Below the pieces are notes generated by a model, which was given only the letters and a program-made list of their open reading frames with translations, was not told the origin of the DNA and made no database searches. From Octopus bimaculoides (taxonomy: Eukaryota), in the NCBI RefSeq assembly GCF_001194135.2, contig NC_068984.1, forward strand, positions 15,879,389 to 15,943,388: a stretch of 64,000 nt of DNA. The letters are read 5' to 3'. Every line of letters begins with the position of its first letter. The stretch's first letter is position 1. Position numbers and translations under genes: made by a program. Positions 1-12,178 of this stretch are shown here, piece by piece.

Positions 1-127
1 TATATAGGATGTTTGGGCTAAATTTGTCAGTTTACATAAAAGGAAAGGAAACCATATCCTATCCAAAAATAAAAGTATTTCATAAAATCAAAAGATGTCA
101 ACTAGATAAAAGTTGGGAGATAACAGT

Positions 128-790
128 TTATTTAAAGTAGCTGTCCTCAGCTTCCATCATGACCTGAAGCCAGCTCTGGAACCTGGTACATGCATTCCCA
201 ACTGTGTCCCTGGGGAGATTTTTGAACACATTCTTAATCTTGGCAACCAGCTTGACCTTGGTGTTGCAAACAGAACAGCTGGTGTCTTTCTCAACCATGC
301 CATACACATAGTAATCCATGGAATTACAACTGGGGAAATTAGGAGACCAGAAGTTGGGGCTAGTGAAGTCTTGGAAATTCTCCAACAACCAATTCTGATT
401 CTTTCTAGATGTAAGTCAAGAAGTTGAATCTTACTGCTACACATGGCCTTTCAGGAATAACCTTCTCCAGCCAAGGATTGATCACAATCATCAGAAGCTT
501 CACATAGCCAATTGACTTGAGCCTATGATATTGTTCAAGCATGTGGAGATGAATTCTGGTTTCTGGCCACAGTCAGAATGTCTGCTGTGTTCTTTCCTGC
601 AGGTCATGGCTTTGTGGTTTCAACTGGAGCTGTCCATATCATGTCTTACAGCCTTTACAGTGTTCAAAGAGTATTGAGCATCAGTCATGAAGTCAGCACT
701 TTGATACCTGGCATGAATCATTATGATGCAGATAATTCTTTTCAAATATCCAGATAGTTTCTAATCCTCCATCATGTCAGCTAACTTTTT
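128..790 (-). mobile_element. Decayed Tc1/mariner transposase fossil (DD37D/maT-like), internally deleted
   Basis: Minus-strand fragments LKSIGYVKLLMIVINPWLEKVIPERPCV*Q*DS and FWSPNFPSCNSMDYYVYGMVEKDT...RFQSWLQVMMEAEDSYFK match the WQQDSAP / WPPNSPDLNPMDY / AEGGYFE motifs of maT-type transposases; stops and frameshifts present. Confidence 0.75.
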
Positions 791-940
791 CTTGACTACA
801 ATTTTAACCCTTTGCTCTCCAATGCTGTTGAGTGTTCACCAATACATCGAACTGTACCAGTCGAGCATGAGCACTGGGGCTGATCTAATTAACTAGCCAC
901 TGCCAGCCAAATTTCAGGCCTTGTGCTTATGGTAGAAAGA

Positions 941-1008
<68 letters not shown>
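941..1008. repeat. (ATT)n microsatellite
   Basis: Pure ATT run. Other large microsatellites: (GAT)n ~15645-15685 and ~27883-27998, (TTA)n ~21236-21330, (GT)n ~38811-38924, (GA)n ~50353-50436, and many (TA)n/(CA)n tracts. Confidence 0.95.
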
Positions 1009-1009
<1 letters not shown>

Positions 1010-1845
1010 AAGGCAGTGATCTAGCAGAATTGTTAGCATGCCAGGCAAAATGTTTAGGAGTATTTCATCTACCGCTGCATTCTGAGTTCAAATTCTGCTG
1101 AGGTCAACTTTGCTTTTCATCCTTTCGGGGTTGATAAATTAAGAACCAGCTACGTACTGGGGTTGATGTAATCAACTTAGTGCCTTCCCTTAAATTTGAG
1201 ACCTTGTGCTTCCAGTAGAAAGGATGATTATTATTACTATTGTAAAGGCGGCGAGCTGGCAGAAACGTTAGCACGCCGGGCGAAATGCTTAGCGGTATTT
1301 TGTCTGCTGCTACGTTCTTAGTTCAAATACCGCCGAGGTTGACTTTGCCTTTCATCCTTTCAGGGTCGATTAAATAAGTACCAGTTACGCACTGGGGTTG
1401 ATACAATCGATTTAATCCGTTTGTCTGTCCTTGTTTGTCCCCTCTGTGTGTAGCCCCTTGTGGGCAATAAAGAAATAAGAATCGTTAGCACGCCGGGCGA
1501 AATACTCAGCAGTATTTCATCTACTGCTACGTTCTGAGTTCAAATTCCGCCGAGGTCAACTTTGTGTTTCATCTTTTTGGCGGTCAATGAAATAAGTACC
1601 AGTTATGTACTGGGGTCGATGTAATCGACTAGACCCTTCCCCACCAAAATTTTCAAGGCCTTGTGCCTAAGTAATAATTATTATTATTGTAAGGCTGTGA
1701 GCTGGCAGAATTGATAGTATGTTGGGTGAAATGCTTATCAGCATTTTGTCTGTCTTTACATTCATCCTTTTGGAGTTGGTAAAATAAGTTCTTGTTGAGT
1801 ACCTCCCCCAAAATTTCAGGTCTTGTGCCTACAGCAAAGAGGATT
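1010..1845 (+). mobile_element. Cluster of four copies of tRNA-head SINE family A (aaggcggcgagctggcagaaacgttagc...)
   Basis: Repeated ~230-bp unit with B-box-like ggttc/gagttcaaattcc and an aagaaataaga tail. Further copies ~20690-20875 (+), ~24795-24950 (-), ~41210-41610 (+, tandem pair), ~52170-52375 (-), ~61530-61660 (+). Probably one of the published octopus SINEs (OK/OR1/OR2); not assigned. Confidence 0.85.
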
Positions 1846-1981
1846 ATTTTATTAAAGCCAGTGGACAAGAAGTTGTTCGCAGTTTGTTAATGAGTGAGTT
1901 TTTGCAATCAGATGGATGGTTTTCTTTTGAATGCGATCTAGGCTGTATGTGTGTGTACATGTGTGCATGTGTGTGTGTGTG

Positions 1982-3038
1982 CAGTGTTGGGTTAACTGTT
2001 AAGCAAAATAAACACATGCTTAGGATATCAAGGGAGTGGGAGGAGCACCTCAAAAATGGTAAATGGTTTACGGCACAAAAAGAGATCACTTTAAACTTGC
2101 TAAAATAATATTCAAAGTGTTCATGCTGTCATAGTGAGGATCTGATCAAAGACTTTGCAATGAAAAAAAAGGGGGGGGGGAGAAGAAAACTTTAAAAATA
2201 TAAATAAAGTAAAAGTAAACAAAAATAAACATTACTTCACATCTTTCTTTTAGTTTCGTTTCATTTAAAAAAATATAAATAATTAAATTTTTTATTATTG
2301 TTTCTTTATTGAGTTACATATACATCGAGACCTTTGGAAATATGCTGTGCGTGAGAAGACCCGGCAGGCCAAGTGAGACCATAATCCAAGGACTCTGCCA
2401 GGGGTGTAACCAGCCCACTTATGTGGACCTTTCCTTCATTGGACACTAAACGCCGCTTGCGAAGACCTGTTGAGGCAAGTGAAATCGAAATCGTGATTGA
2501 ACCATACTCGATGACTGGCACCTGTGCCAGTGGAGCACTAAGAGCACCGTCCGAGCATGATCATTGCCAGAGCAGCTGTCTGGCTTCCGTGCCAGTGACA
2601 CGTAAATAGCACCATTTGAGCATGATCGTTACCAGCATCTTCTTCCTGGCACTTGTGCCGGTGGCACATGAAAAAACATTTGAGCGAGGTCGTTGACAGT
2701 GCTGCTGGACTGGCTCCTGTGCAGGTGGCATGTAAAAAACACTATTTTGAGCATGGCCGTTGCCAGTACCACTTGACTGGCCCCCGTGCTGGTGGCATGT
2801 TAAAGCACCCACTGCACTCTCAGAGTGATTGGCATTAGGAAGGGCATCCAACTGTAGAAACTCTGCCAGATCAGATTGGAGCCTGGTGCAGCCTTCTGGT
2901 TCGCCAGTCCTCAGTCAAATTGTTCAACCTATGCTAGCATGGAAGGTGGACGTTAAAGGATGATGATGATGATGATGATCTGGGAGCAGCAAAATCTTTT
3001 AAGTGTTTAGGGCCTGTATGAGTCTTAATCTGGCTTTG
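1982..3038. mobile_element. hAT-derived non-autonomous element, copy 1, interrupted by a family B retroposon
   Basis: Reverse-orientation homolog of 17125-17550 (shares cttgctaaaataatattca, gaggatctgatcaaag, aagtg(c/t)ttagggcc...cttaatc); insertion at ~2330-2980. Confidence 0.7.
2330..2980 (+). mobile_element. Long copy of the (GAT)n-tailed retroposon family B
   Basis: Ends ...gttaggaagggcatcc...ggacgttaaa(c/g)gatgatgat and carries internal ~65-bp repeats. Other copies/fragments ~8505-9130(-), 11763-12060(-), 13330-13650(+), 15870-16385(-), 18792-19465(-), 21535-21953(+), 35200-35360(-), 39790-40142(+), 42752-43015(-), 46480-46795(-), 53770-53945(+), 54295-54555(+), 55255-55462(+), 60062-60253(-). 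Confidence 0.85.
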
Positions 3039-3049
3039 TGCATGTAGCA

Positions 3050-3600
3050 GCAGCACAGACCCAAAGGTTGGGGCACACAGCAGTGTGAGTGTTATCAGGT
3101 TGTCAGGAGAAATGATCAGAAATTGTGAGGTTTTATTGTTCCTATTTCATGACTTGGAAGAGGAGAAATAGTAAATTATACCCTTGACATGAGCTGAAAT
3201 TGTTTTTTTTTTTGTGTATTGCTGAAAGAGATTAGCTTATCTTGGAGGCTGCTGTTTACAAAGGTCGTGCAGATATGATGTGAGTTGTTTAAGTTGCTTG
3301 TGGATGACATCTGTGAACAGAAGATAAGAGCAAAGATTGATAGGATACATAGGACTTAGTGTTGTTAGATGTGACAACAAGTAGGTCATTAACATAGAGG
3401 AAAAATGTCACTAACATACTGGACATAACTGAACTTTGGGATACGCAAGAGTTAATATTGTACAGATGATGAATGTCCAGTCAGTATGTGCTGCAATGAT
3501 GTAGCAATCAACAGAAGACAGGTGGATGAAATTCATGGAGAAGCAGTTTAGCTAAGAGATTCTCATGTCAGACACAGTCGAAGGCTTTAATTTTTATGAA
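3050..3600 (-). mobile_element. Decayed non-LTR retrotransposon reverse transcriptase fragment (CR1/Jockey-like)
   Basis: Minus translation KIKAFDCV*HENLLAKLL ... INSCVSQSSVMSSMLVTFFLYVNDLL resembles the RT motifs KAFDxVWH and GVPQGSVLSPxLFLLYINDL. Confidence 0.7.
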
Positions 3601-3781
3601 GTAAATCATTCATGAAGATGAGAATTTAAATATAGCAAGAAACAGTGCAACAGGTCATATTTATAGAACAACAACAACAAAAATAAATAACATACACAAA
3701 CAAGTGCAGTCACATGACCGAAACAAGTAAACGAAAACCATAATTTAATGTAGTGTAATCGGCACCGACATGGAAGACATA

Positions 3782-3856
3782 TGCTGCTGCCGCTGCTGCT
3801 GCCGCTGCTGCTTCCGCTGCTGCTTCCGCTGCTGCTGCCGCTGCTGCCACTGCTGA
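3782..3856. repeat. Imperfect CTG/CAG-type trinucleotide repeat
   Basis: gctgctgccgctgctgct(g/t)cc... array; reads QQR/QQRK on the minus strand. Confidence 0.9.
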
Positions 3857-3903
3857 TTAAGATGATTTCCTGAACTGTTACTATTTATGGAACACTGACT
3901 TAC

Positions 3904-3987
3904 CATGATGTAGGGTTTCTTGTTCTTCATAACTACTTGTGACGCCCAGTTATATAACCTGCTCTCTCTTTCTCTCCTTCTCTCTTC
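3904..3987 (-). CDS. Unidentified gene, coding exon 2 (EERRRERESRLYNWASQVVMKNKKPYIM)
   Basis: Acceptor atacag, donor gtaagt, 84 nt. Only phase 0 is open, and it joins the upstream exon in frame. Confidence 0.6.
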
Positions 3988-4012
3988 CTGTATATTACAT
4001 ACATACATACAC

Positions 4013-4061
<49 letters not shown>

Positions 4062-4168
4062 TTATTAATAATAAAGAGCATGGAAACTGGCTCATCCACA
4101 AACTTTATAGTTATATATACATCTTATTATAATGACCTGCATGTGTTTCTGCTGCAGTGACTACTCAC

Positions 4169-4231
4169 TGTTGCAAGTGCAATGTCGCAATATTGTCGGT
4201 GCAGCTTCATTGGTGCAGACCATTTGGTCAT
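4169..4231 (-). CDS. Unidentified gene, first coding segment (MTKWSAPMKLHRQYCDIALAT) within exon 4169-4257
   Basis: Acceptor tttatttttatatacag ends at 4258 and donor gtgagt starts at 4168. ATG at 4231 has A at -3 and in-frame stops upstream; the segment ends in phase 0. Confidence 0.5.
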
Positions 4232-4530
4232 CCTTAAAGAAGGTCATTATGAATATTCTGTATATAAAAATAAAATAAATTTTGGGGATATACAAGTCTC
4301 CGTACTCTTTCATTATTAATAATAATTTACACGCCAGACAATTTTTACCATCCAATGAAGCATGCATGGAATTACCCATTGGAAGAATTCACAGAGTGAC
4401 TACCAGCAAATTGTAGTCACAGACGTTAAATACTGATAGTAGAAGTTAGCCATTAACTGGAACTTAACAGAGCTAATACAGTATCTGCCTGGATAATATA
4501 TCCCTCCAAACTCACTTTTATATGGTTGTA

Positions 4531-4561
<31 letters not shown>

Positions 4562-4571
<10 letters not shown>

Positions 4572-4835
4572 AAAAAATAATAAGGTACTCAGATATCTGG
4601 ATGGTTGTACATTTGCAGATTTTTATTAATATGTCACATGTTTTATAAATATTAGCACTTGCACCTATTCTTGTAGGTTCTTCAAAATATGATATTTTGA
4701 AGAATCATATTTTGAAGAACCTACAAGAATAGGTGCTAGCGCTAATATTTATAGAACATGTGACATATTAATAAAAATCTGGAAATGTACAACCATCCAG
4801 ATATCTGAGTACCTTATTATTTTTTCCAATATATA
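4562..4835. repeat. Near-perfect fold-back palindrome (two 132-bp arms, 10-bp spacer)
   Basis: 4562-4693 is the reverse complement of 4704-4835 with only a few mismatches; flanked by (TA)n. Confidence 0.95.
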
Positions 4836-4982
4836 ATTCCTGTACATCACCTCCAAACCTTCCAATATATATATATATATATATATAGATACTTCAAATT
4901 TACAGAAAACAAAAAAGATGAAGACAAGTGAAAGAATAACAAGTAGGTGTATTAGTTTAACACTCAGGAAGAATGGAAAAGT

Positions 4983-5018
4983 CTTTGATATTTCGAGCCT
5001 ATGCTATTCAACAGAAAG
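4983..5018 (-). ncRNA. Degenerate minimal hammerhead-like motif (variant core CUGUUGA)
   Basis: Minus strand CUUU-CUGUUGA-AUAGCAUAGGCUC-GAAA-UAUC-AAAG; helix I CUUU/AAAG; helix II partly broken; core position 6 non-canonical. Confidence 0.4.
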
Positions 5019-5431
5019 GATTAAGAGGAAAAAAAAAAAGAAAAAAAGGAGAGAGAATGAAAAAAGACAGACAGAGAGAAAAAAATGTTTAGGAATTTAT
5101 GGTTCAACATGATGAAATGGCCAGAAGAAAGAGGCTGAATGAAAAGCAGATAATAATGGTGACCTGGACGAACTAAGATGCACAAGCGCATGTGTGTATG
5201 TGGGACTGAGTGGGTGGAAGTGTATAGTTGTCAACCTGGAATTGGTATATTTTCCAGTATGTTCCAAGGAATTGTTTATCCATGTTCCAGTGTTGAAATG
5301 AGTAGAACTTCACCACTTGGGATCATGTTATAGTGTATCTTGTGTATACAAATAGATGTCTGACTGTAACTCTGTTAAGTTTCAAGATCAACATGCATGT
5401 ATATAGGTACATATATGCATGTACACATGCG

Positions 5432-5475
<44 letters not shown>

Positions 5476-5954
5476 CGCACACACACACTTTGATAAACAA
5501 TTATTATCCAAGCCATTGGTAGGCAGAATACCTCATCAATAGGTTGTTTCAAATCTGCATACGACACAAAAGAGATAGTTCCAGTCAGTTGATTAGAGTT
5601 TATTGATAATGTTGCCAATGAAGATTGGATTATATCTGGTCATTAAAGCTAGCTGGTGGAAGTAACAAACATGTTTCAGTCTTATTAAATCTCCTCAGTA
5701 AAGCATAGATCCCCTTGTGTAATACTTTTGTTTTGATTGTGCACAGTGGCTCAATGTGGATGCCACATTTAAGCCACAGCCCCATTTAACATTTTTGTCA
5801 ATGTGTGCCCTTTGCAAAGTTCAATGTGTTGCCATCATTTGAGACACATGTCTGGTCTGAAGAAAACTTCCTTCCATGCACCAGATTCAGAACCCTTGCT
5901 GGGGGTCCTGAGCATTACGTTTCTTTCTCTGAAGAAAAAAAAAAAAAAGTAAAC

Positions 5955-6118
5955 AGGCGCAGGAGTGGCTGTGTGGTAAGTAGCTTGCTTACCAACCACA
6001 TGGTTCCGGGTTCAGATTCACTGCGTGGCACCTTGAGCAAGTGTCTTCTACTATAGCCTCGGGCCGACCAAAGCCTTGTGAGTGGATTTGGTAGACGGAA
6101 ACTGAAAGAAGCCCGTCG

Positions 6119-6153
<35 letters not shown>

Positions 6154-6358
6154 ATGTGTTTGTATTTGTTCCCCCACCATCGCTTGACAACCGATGGTGG
6201 TGTGTTTACGTCCCCGTAATCTAGCGGTTCGGCAAAAGAGACCGATAGAATAAATAAGTACTAGGCTTCCAAAGAATAAGTCCTGGGGTCGATTTGCTCG
6301 ACTAAAGGCGGTGCTCCAGCATAGCCGCAGTCAAATGACTGAAACAAGTAAAGAGTAA
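5955..6358 (+). mobile_element. Full-length CORE-type tRNA SINE (aggcgcaggagtggctgtgtggtaag...) with an internal (TA)/(TG) microsatellite
   Basis: tRNA-like head, CORE-like ggcaccttg(a/g)gcaagtgtcttct, and a ...gaaacaagtaaagag tail. Other copies ~6810-7380(-), 9630-10025(-), 14800-15270(-), 20030-20440(-), 25555-25835(+), 34040-34230(+), 44225-44530(+), 48120-48480(-), 56555-56945(-), 62450-62850(-). Confidence 0.85.
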
Positions 6359-7278
6359 ATTTATTACAAATGTGAGTTTTAACACAATTCTGACAATTGA
6401 ATTTATGGCTATGTTTACCTTGACAGTTTGTTTAAATTATAACCAACTTCAACAAATCATAATATTAAATTATGACAAGAAGGAATGTAAACGCATTACA
6501 AAATATGTCAACTAAATGTCACACAATGAAGGCACTTGACCAAGTGGTTATAGTTCGTGGGTTCAGTTCCCTAGCTGGGTGGTATGTCATGTCCTTGAGC
6601 AAGACTCTTCGTTTCATCTTGCTCTATTATACTAAGCTAAAAATCAGCACCAGCGTCACCGAAGGATCAACTCTGGAGCTAACTGGCATCAGGTTCAGGG
6701 GTAGTCATGTATTCTTTGTCTAAATCCCTTAAAAATCCAGATAAGGTCCAGTTTCACGAGTCTAAAGTACAAGCCAGTCTTACTGTTTATGTCAGGCTGA
6801 AAACACTTTTTTTCTTTTCTTTTCTTTTTTTACTTGTTTCAATGATTGGAGTGTGGCCATGCTGGGGCATTGCCTCGAAGGGTTTTAGTCAAACAAATCA
6901 ACCCCAGTATTTATTTTTTTTTTTTTTCTCGTCTGGTACTCACTCTATCAGATTTTTTTTTGTTGAACAACTGAATTACAGGGGTGTGAACAAACCAACA
7001 CCAGTTTGGTGGCGACACAATAAAAAATACATGCACACACACACACACACACATAAACACATAAGCACACACATACACACAAACATACTCACACACACAC
7101 ATGCACACACACACAAACACACACACAAACACACAAACATACACACACGCACACACACATGCATGCACACACATGCAGCCATGCATACACGCACACACAC
7201 ACAGCTTGTAAGTGGATTTAGTAGAGAAAAAATTGAAAGAGGCCAGTTGTGCATACATATATATATATATACATATAC

Positions 7279-7335
<57 letters not shown>

Positions 7336-8505
7336 CACACACACACACACATACATGACGAGCTTCTTTCAGTTTGCCCCATGACCCCTGACCCTTTACA
7401 GGATAATACAATAGACCTAAAAGTGCATCCCAAGGCTGACCACTACTTCACTCTCCACCCCATTTATGTTACTGAAGTATAACACTTGGTTTAAATTTTT
7501 CATTCCTTAAAATAAAACCATGGGGCCCTCTAAACATTCAGTACTGCCACTTAGTGCCTGCTTGACAGTTTCCACTCTCTTATGTGCTATCATAACACAC
7601 ACAAGGGTAATGTTTGTCATGAACATTGTTATGTTAACTGCTGAAACTTATACTAAATGTTATACTCATATATAAGGGCAAAAGCCATATTGTTGGCAAA
7701 TACAAATTTCTTGGGAATTGTGGAACAGTTTGGTCCCTATGGTAACATCATGACTAGGAGACAAACAGACAGACCTAGAGTTGAAAGGGCATGTCATTGA
7801 TGAGGTTATGAATGGCAACAAAAGGACTTCACTGATTTATTGACTTAGCAATTAATCACACAATTGTTTAGTTAATTAGTTAAATAGTTAACCAACAATA
7901 ATAAAAGAAGTGAAATAGAACAAGTGTGTGTGTTTATTATTGACATAATGACCCTCCCAAGGGACAATAAAATCTGTTCTAACATGAGTTCATATCAAGA
8001 ATCTTGTAAACCAGAAACAAAAGTGAAATATTCTAAGCTCTAGCTAAGTTAGCAAGACAGTGGAAAACACTGTTCTGCTACCTTTTGATCAGAATAACCA
8101 CTTGACACTGCACTTCAACTGCAAAAATGAAACAAGTTTACAAATGCCCAAATTTTAAATAGAATTCATGCAAACTAATTATTTATTATCTGATAATCAA
8201 GATAATTGTTGTGCTAATCAAGTTTAAAGGGTTATTTATTATTCAAGAGAACATGTGTATGCAAAGAAAATAACTGATTTGTTATATATAGAACAAACTC
8301 CACTGATATAGTTGTTATCTTAACAAAGTTGCTATGAGACAATAAAGCAAATGAAAGACATGGTTTCATTGATAGTAATCAGAAGAAAGGTGATAGCTGG
8401 CCTAGATAAATAATTGAGATATAGCTGAAGTTAATTCTGGATGATCTACAAAAAAGCATATTACATTCTTTGTCTGTCTGCATGTTATGATAATGGAAAC
8501 AACAT

Positions 8506-8538
<33 letters not shown>

Positions 8539-10338
8539 GTTTAATGTCTGCTTTCCATGCTGGCATGGGTTGGACGATTTGACTGAGGAGTGGCAAGCCA
8601 GAAGGCTGTACCAGGCTCCAATCTGATCTGGCAGAGTTTCTACAGCTGGATGCCCTTCCTAACGCCAACCACTCCGAGAGTGTAGTGGGTGCTTTTATGT
8701 GCCACCGACATGAAGGCCAGTCAGGTGGTACTGGCAACGGCCACGCTCAAAAAGGTGTTTTTTACGTGCCACCTGCACGGGAGCCAGTCCAGCGGCACTG
8801 GCAACGACCTCGCTCGAATGATTTTCTAACGTGCCACCAGCACAAGTGCTAGAAGGCAGCGATGGTAACAATTACGCTCAAACGGTGCTATATACAGACC
8901 ACTAGCATGGAAGCCAGACAGCTGCTCTGGCAATGAACATGTTCGACAGTGTTGTTTGTGCTCCACTGGCGCGGTGACCAGTCATCGAGTATGGTTCAGT
9001 TACGATTTCACTCTCCCCAACAGGTCTTTGCAAGCAGAGTTTAGTGTCCAATGAAGGAGAGGTTTGATTTCGATTTCAGATTTCAAATTTCAAACTCCTA
9101 ATTCACTTGCCTCAACAGGTCTTCTGGTTGCTATAATGATTATGAAGTAATTTAAAACTGCTCCACTTTCTAATCCAGTGGTTCTTAACCAGTGCAGTAA
9201 TTCCTCCTTAGGAGTGCTGTGAGACCACGAAAAAGTAGCAAATGTCAAGTGGTGAGGTGCTGAGTGTTTAGAAAGTTCATGATTTTTCTTAAAAATAGAA
9301 TATCCAAACCAGGTACAATAACACTTATAGTTTAGACACATTTTTGAAAACATTTTTTGTCAGGCATAGACATTCTGTCTTCAGTTTTAAGTTATCTCTT
9401 CAGATTTTCGAAAGAATTTAGCACCAACACTGAAAGATAAATTAAAAGTGATTGAATCACTCTGCTAACAGAAATGAAGGATACCATGTTAACTATGTAC
9501 TTGGTAGTATATTACTGTTGCATAATGAAGTACAATGTCCCTACAAGCCATTAATACATATGTTTCAGTTACGAAGAATGTGTTTCATGTGTCAATTGGT
9601 ATACCCAATAATGTTACATACTCTTTACTCTTACTCTTTTACTCTTTTACTTGTTTCAGTCATTTGACTGTGGCCATGCTGGAGCACAGCCTTTTAGTCG
9701 AGCGAATCAACCCCAGGACTTATTCTTTGGAAGCCTAGTACTTATTCTATCAGTCTCTTTTGCTGAACCGCTAAATTACAGGGACGTAAACACACTACCA
9801 TCAGTTGTCAAGTGATGCTGGGGGGGGACAAACACAGACACACAAACACATACATATATATACGACGGGCTTCTTTCAGTTTCCGTCTACCAAATCCACT
9901 CACAAGGCTTTGGTTGGCCCGAGGCTATAGTAGAAGACACTTGACCAAGGTGCCATGCAGTGGGACTGAACCCGGAACCATATGGTTCGTAAGCAAGCTA
10001 CTTACCACACAGCCACTCCTACACCTATATATGATATTTACCACATGAACTACAATGTAAAAAATATGAGAAAGATATGGTCTGTAATTTTTCTTGTGCA
10101 GGAGTTTCTTGAGACGTGTAATTCATTTTAAAGGTTAAGCAAGGGTAAAAAGATTGAGAAACACTGAAAACATAGCTGATGATGCACCAAGGTTCTGTAT
10201 AAAAGCTACAATAATTTTTGCCAAATCTGTCTATAATGTAATTTGCAGTTTTGTTTGCAACCACTCATCTCTCTTGTTCCTGCCTTCTGTCTGTCTGTCT
10301 GTCTATCACAGGCACACACACATTTCCCACCACAATCT

Positions 10339-10550
10339 TTAAACTCTTTAGTGTTTAAACCGGCCATATCCAGCCCAAATATTCTGCATGTTTTATATTC
10401 AAACAGGTGATATCTAGCCTCTCACACCTGACCTATATTGACATCCTAAAAATAAACAATCACATCATTGAAACCTCAAAGCTATAAGGTTTCAATGCAT
10501 GATTAATTCAAGGTTTCAATGCATGAGTAATTCAAAACAATTTGAGTGAA
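10339..10550. mobile_element. Partial TTAA-flanked MITE (family 2) with an internal ~24-bp tandem duplication
   Basis: Reverse-orientation homolog of 45897-46103 and 46279-46824; aggtttcaatgcatga(t/g)taattca occurs twice. Confidence 0.55.
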
Positions 10551-10729
10551 AAATTATTACATTTTTAGTGGAAAGTGGGTTATACATCTTTAAATGTATA
10601 CCTGACTTTCCTACTATAAAATTAAAGAATATAATGGAACGCTGAACTCCAGACTATCAACTTAAACAACACTTTATTTAGGTGGTACATATATACATCT
10701 TTAGTTCTTGTTGTTACAGCTTCTGTTGT

Positions 10730-10910
10730 GTGTGAGCATAGTTGTTGGGACGTGGGTATGTAGTTGCAAGCGAGCTGTCGAGTGTAAGTCCAAAAGATGT
10801 AGAGAGACAGCTTATCACGTCCATGCTCATGGTCGGCCGACCGTAAAAGAGGTAGAATTAAGCGGGAACGCTTGGCTGTTTAATTCCACGCATGCGCACG
10901 GCGTTACTAC
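10730..10910 (-). promoter_or_regulatory. CpG-rich unique segment with an NRF1-like motif; candidate promoter/first exon of the minus-strand gene
   Basis: Local CpG enrichment in otherwise CpG-poor DNA; TGCGCATGCG at 10889-10898; no match to the repeat families seen here. Confidence 0.35.
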
Positions 10911-11401
10911 ACATTTAACAGAGTAATCTGAACACTAAAGGGTCAAGCTACTACAAAGAAAATGATAAACTTCTGTTCTTCAAATTTCTTTTAAGAAAAC
11001 TTATGAATAAATATTTGTTTGTTAAATTTTAATAAGTTATTTTCTTCACAATATATAATGCCATCTATTTGTTTGTCTCCCTGCCTGCCTGCCTGCCTAC
11101 CTATTTATCTGTCTATCACTATCTTTTATTTACCCATCTATCTATTGCTGTCTTTTATCTTAATCTCTTACCCAATATATAAGTAATTTAGACAACTCAG
11201 ACATAGCACACTTCAGTTTCTTCCAGTCAATCATTTCAGAAAATAGTTGGACGATTATTTTCTTCTTGCTGCCATTTTAAAATTCATTATTGAACAGCTT
11301 GTCATGAATGAAGAAGGTGTAATTTTGCAGTCAAACAAGCTATCACTATTTTCATCTTAATTCCTAACCAACACGCACGCGCGCACACACATACACACAC
11401 A

Positions 11402-11452
<51 letters not shown>

Positions 11453-11454
11453 AA

Positions 11455-11762
11455 TGGTATGTAGATCACCTTTTGGGATGGTGCCTGTTGCTTTCCAAAA
11501 CACTGCTGGAATTTTCTTTGAGCTGTAACGATGGATCTTTGGCTGGTGAAGTATGCTTTGACCATGTATGTAATTTCTTTTGGAGTCCACAACATTATGA
11601 GGGTCACCAACATCAACTACTTGTAGAAAATAGTGAAGTCTTTGATAATTTGTTGAACTCCTGAATATCAGTTATGTAATAAATATATTTGTGCTCTATA
11701 TCATTTTTATAATCCAAGATACTAGCATTTAAAATGTGTCCCATCATTATGACCTACCCTGT
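11455..11762 (-). mobile_element. 5' fragment of a Tc1/mariner-like transposon (N-terminal HTH, DUF4817-like)
   Basis: MLWTPKEITYMVKAYFTSQRSIVTAQRKFQQCFGKQQAPSQKVI; a CAGGGT-type terminus near 11762; broken by a (CA)n tract. Confidence 0.6.
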
Positions 11763-12079
11763 CGTCGTCGTCGTTTAACGTCCGCTTTCCATGCTAGCAT
11801 GGGTTGGACGATTTGACTGAGGACTGGTCAAACCAGATGGCTACACCAGGCTCCAATCTGATTTGGCAGAGTTTCTACAGCTGGATGCCCTTCCTAACGC
11901 CAACCACTCAGAGAGTGTAGTGGGTGCTTTTACGTGTCACCTGCACGAAGGCCAGTCAGGTGGTACTGGCAACGGCCACGCTCATCTCGCTCGAGAAACC
12001 TCATGTCTCACCCGCACAAGAGCCAGTCCAGGGGCACCGGCAATGATCTCGCTTGAAAATCCTATATATATATATATAT

Positions 12080-12144
12080 NNNNNNNNNNNNNNNNNNNNN
12101 NNNNNNNNNNNNNNNNNNNNNNNNNNNNNNNNNNNNNNNNNNNN
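12080..12144. other. Assembly gap (others ~23909-24548, 26216-26332, 31511-32426, 37040-37667, 63373-63382)
   Basis: Runs of N, mostly flanked by microsatellites. Confidence 0.99.
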
Positions 12145-12178
12145 TACTCCTTACACAGAGTTTGATCACCTCCTGTAC

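Noticed and set aside
6707-7482. ORFs rich in HT/YI/CV dipeptides here and throughout the window
   Set aside because: Translations of (CA)n, (TA)n and (TG)n tracts inside SINEs.
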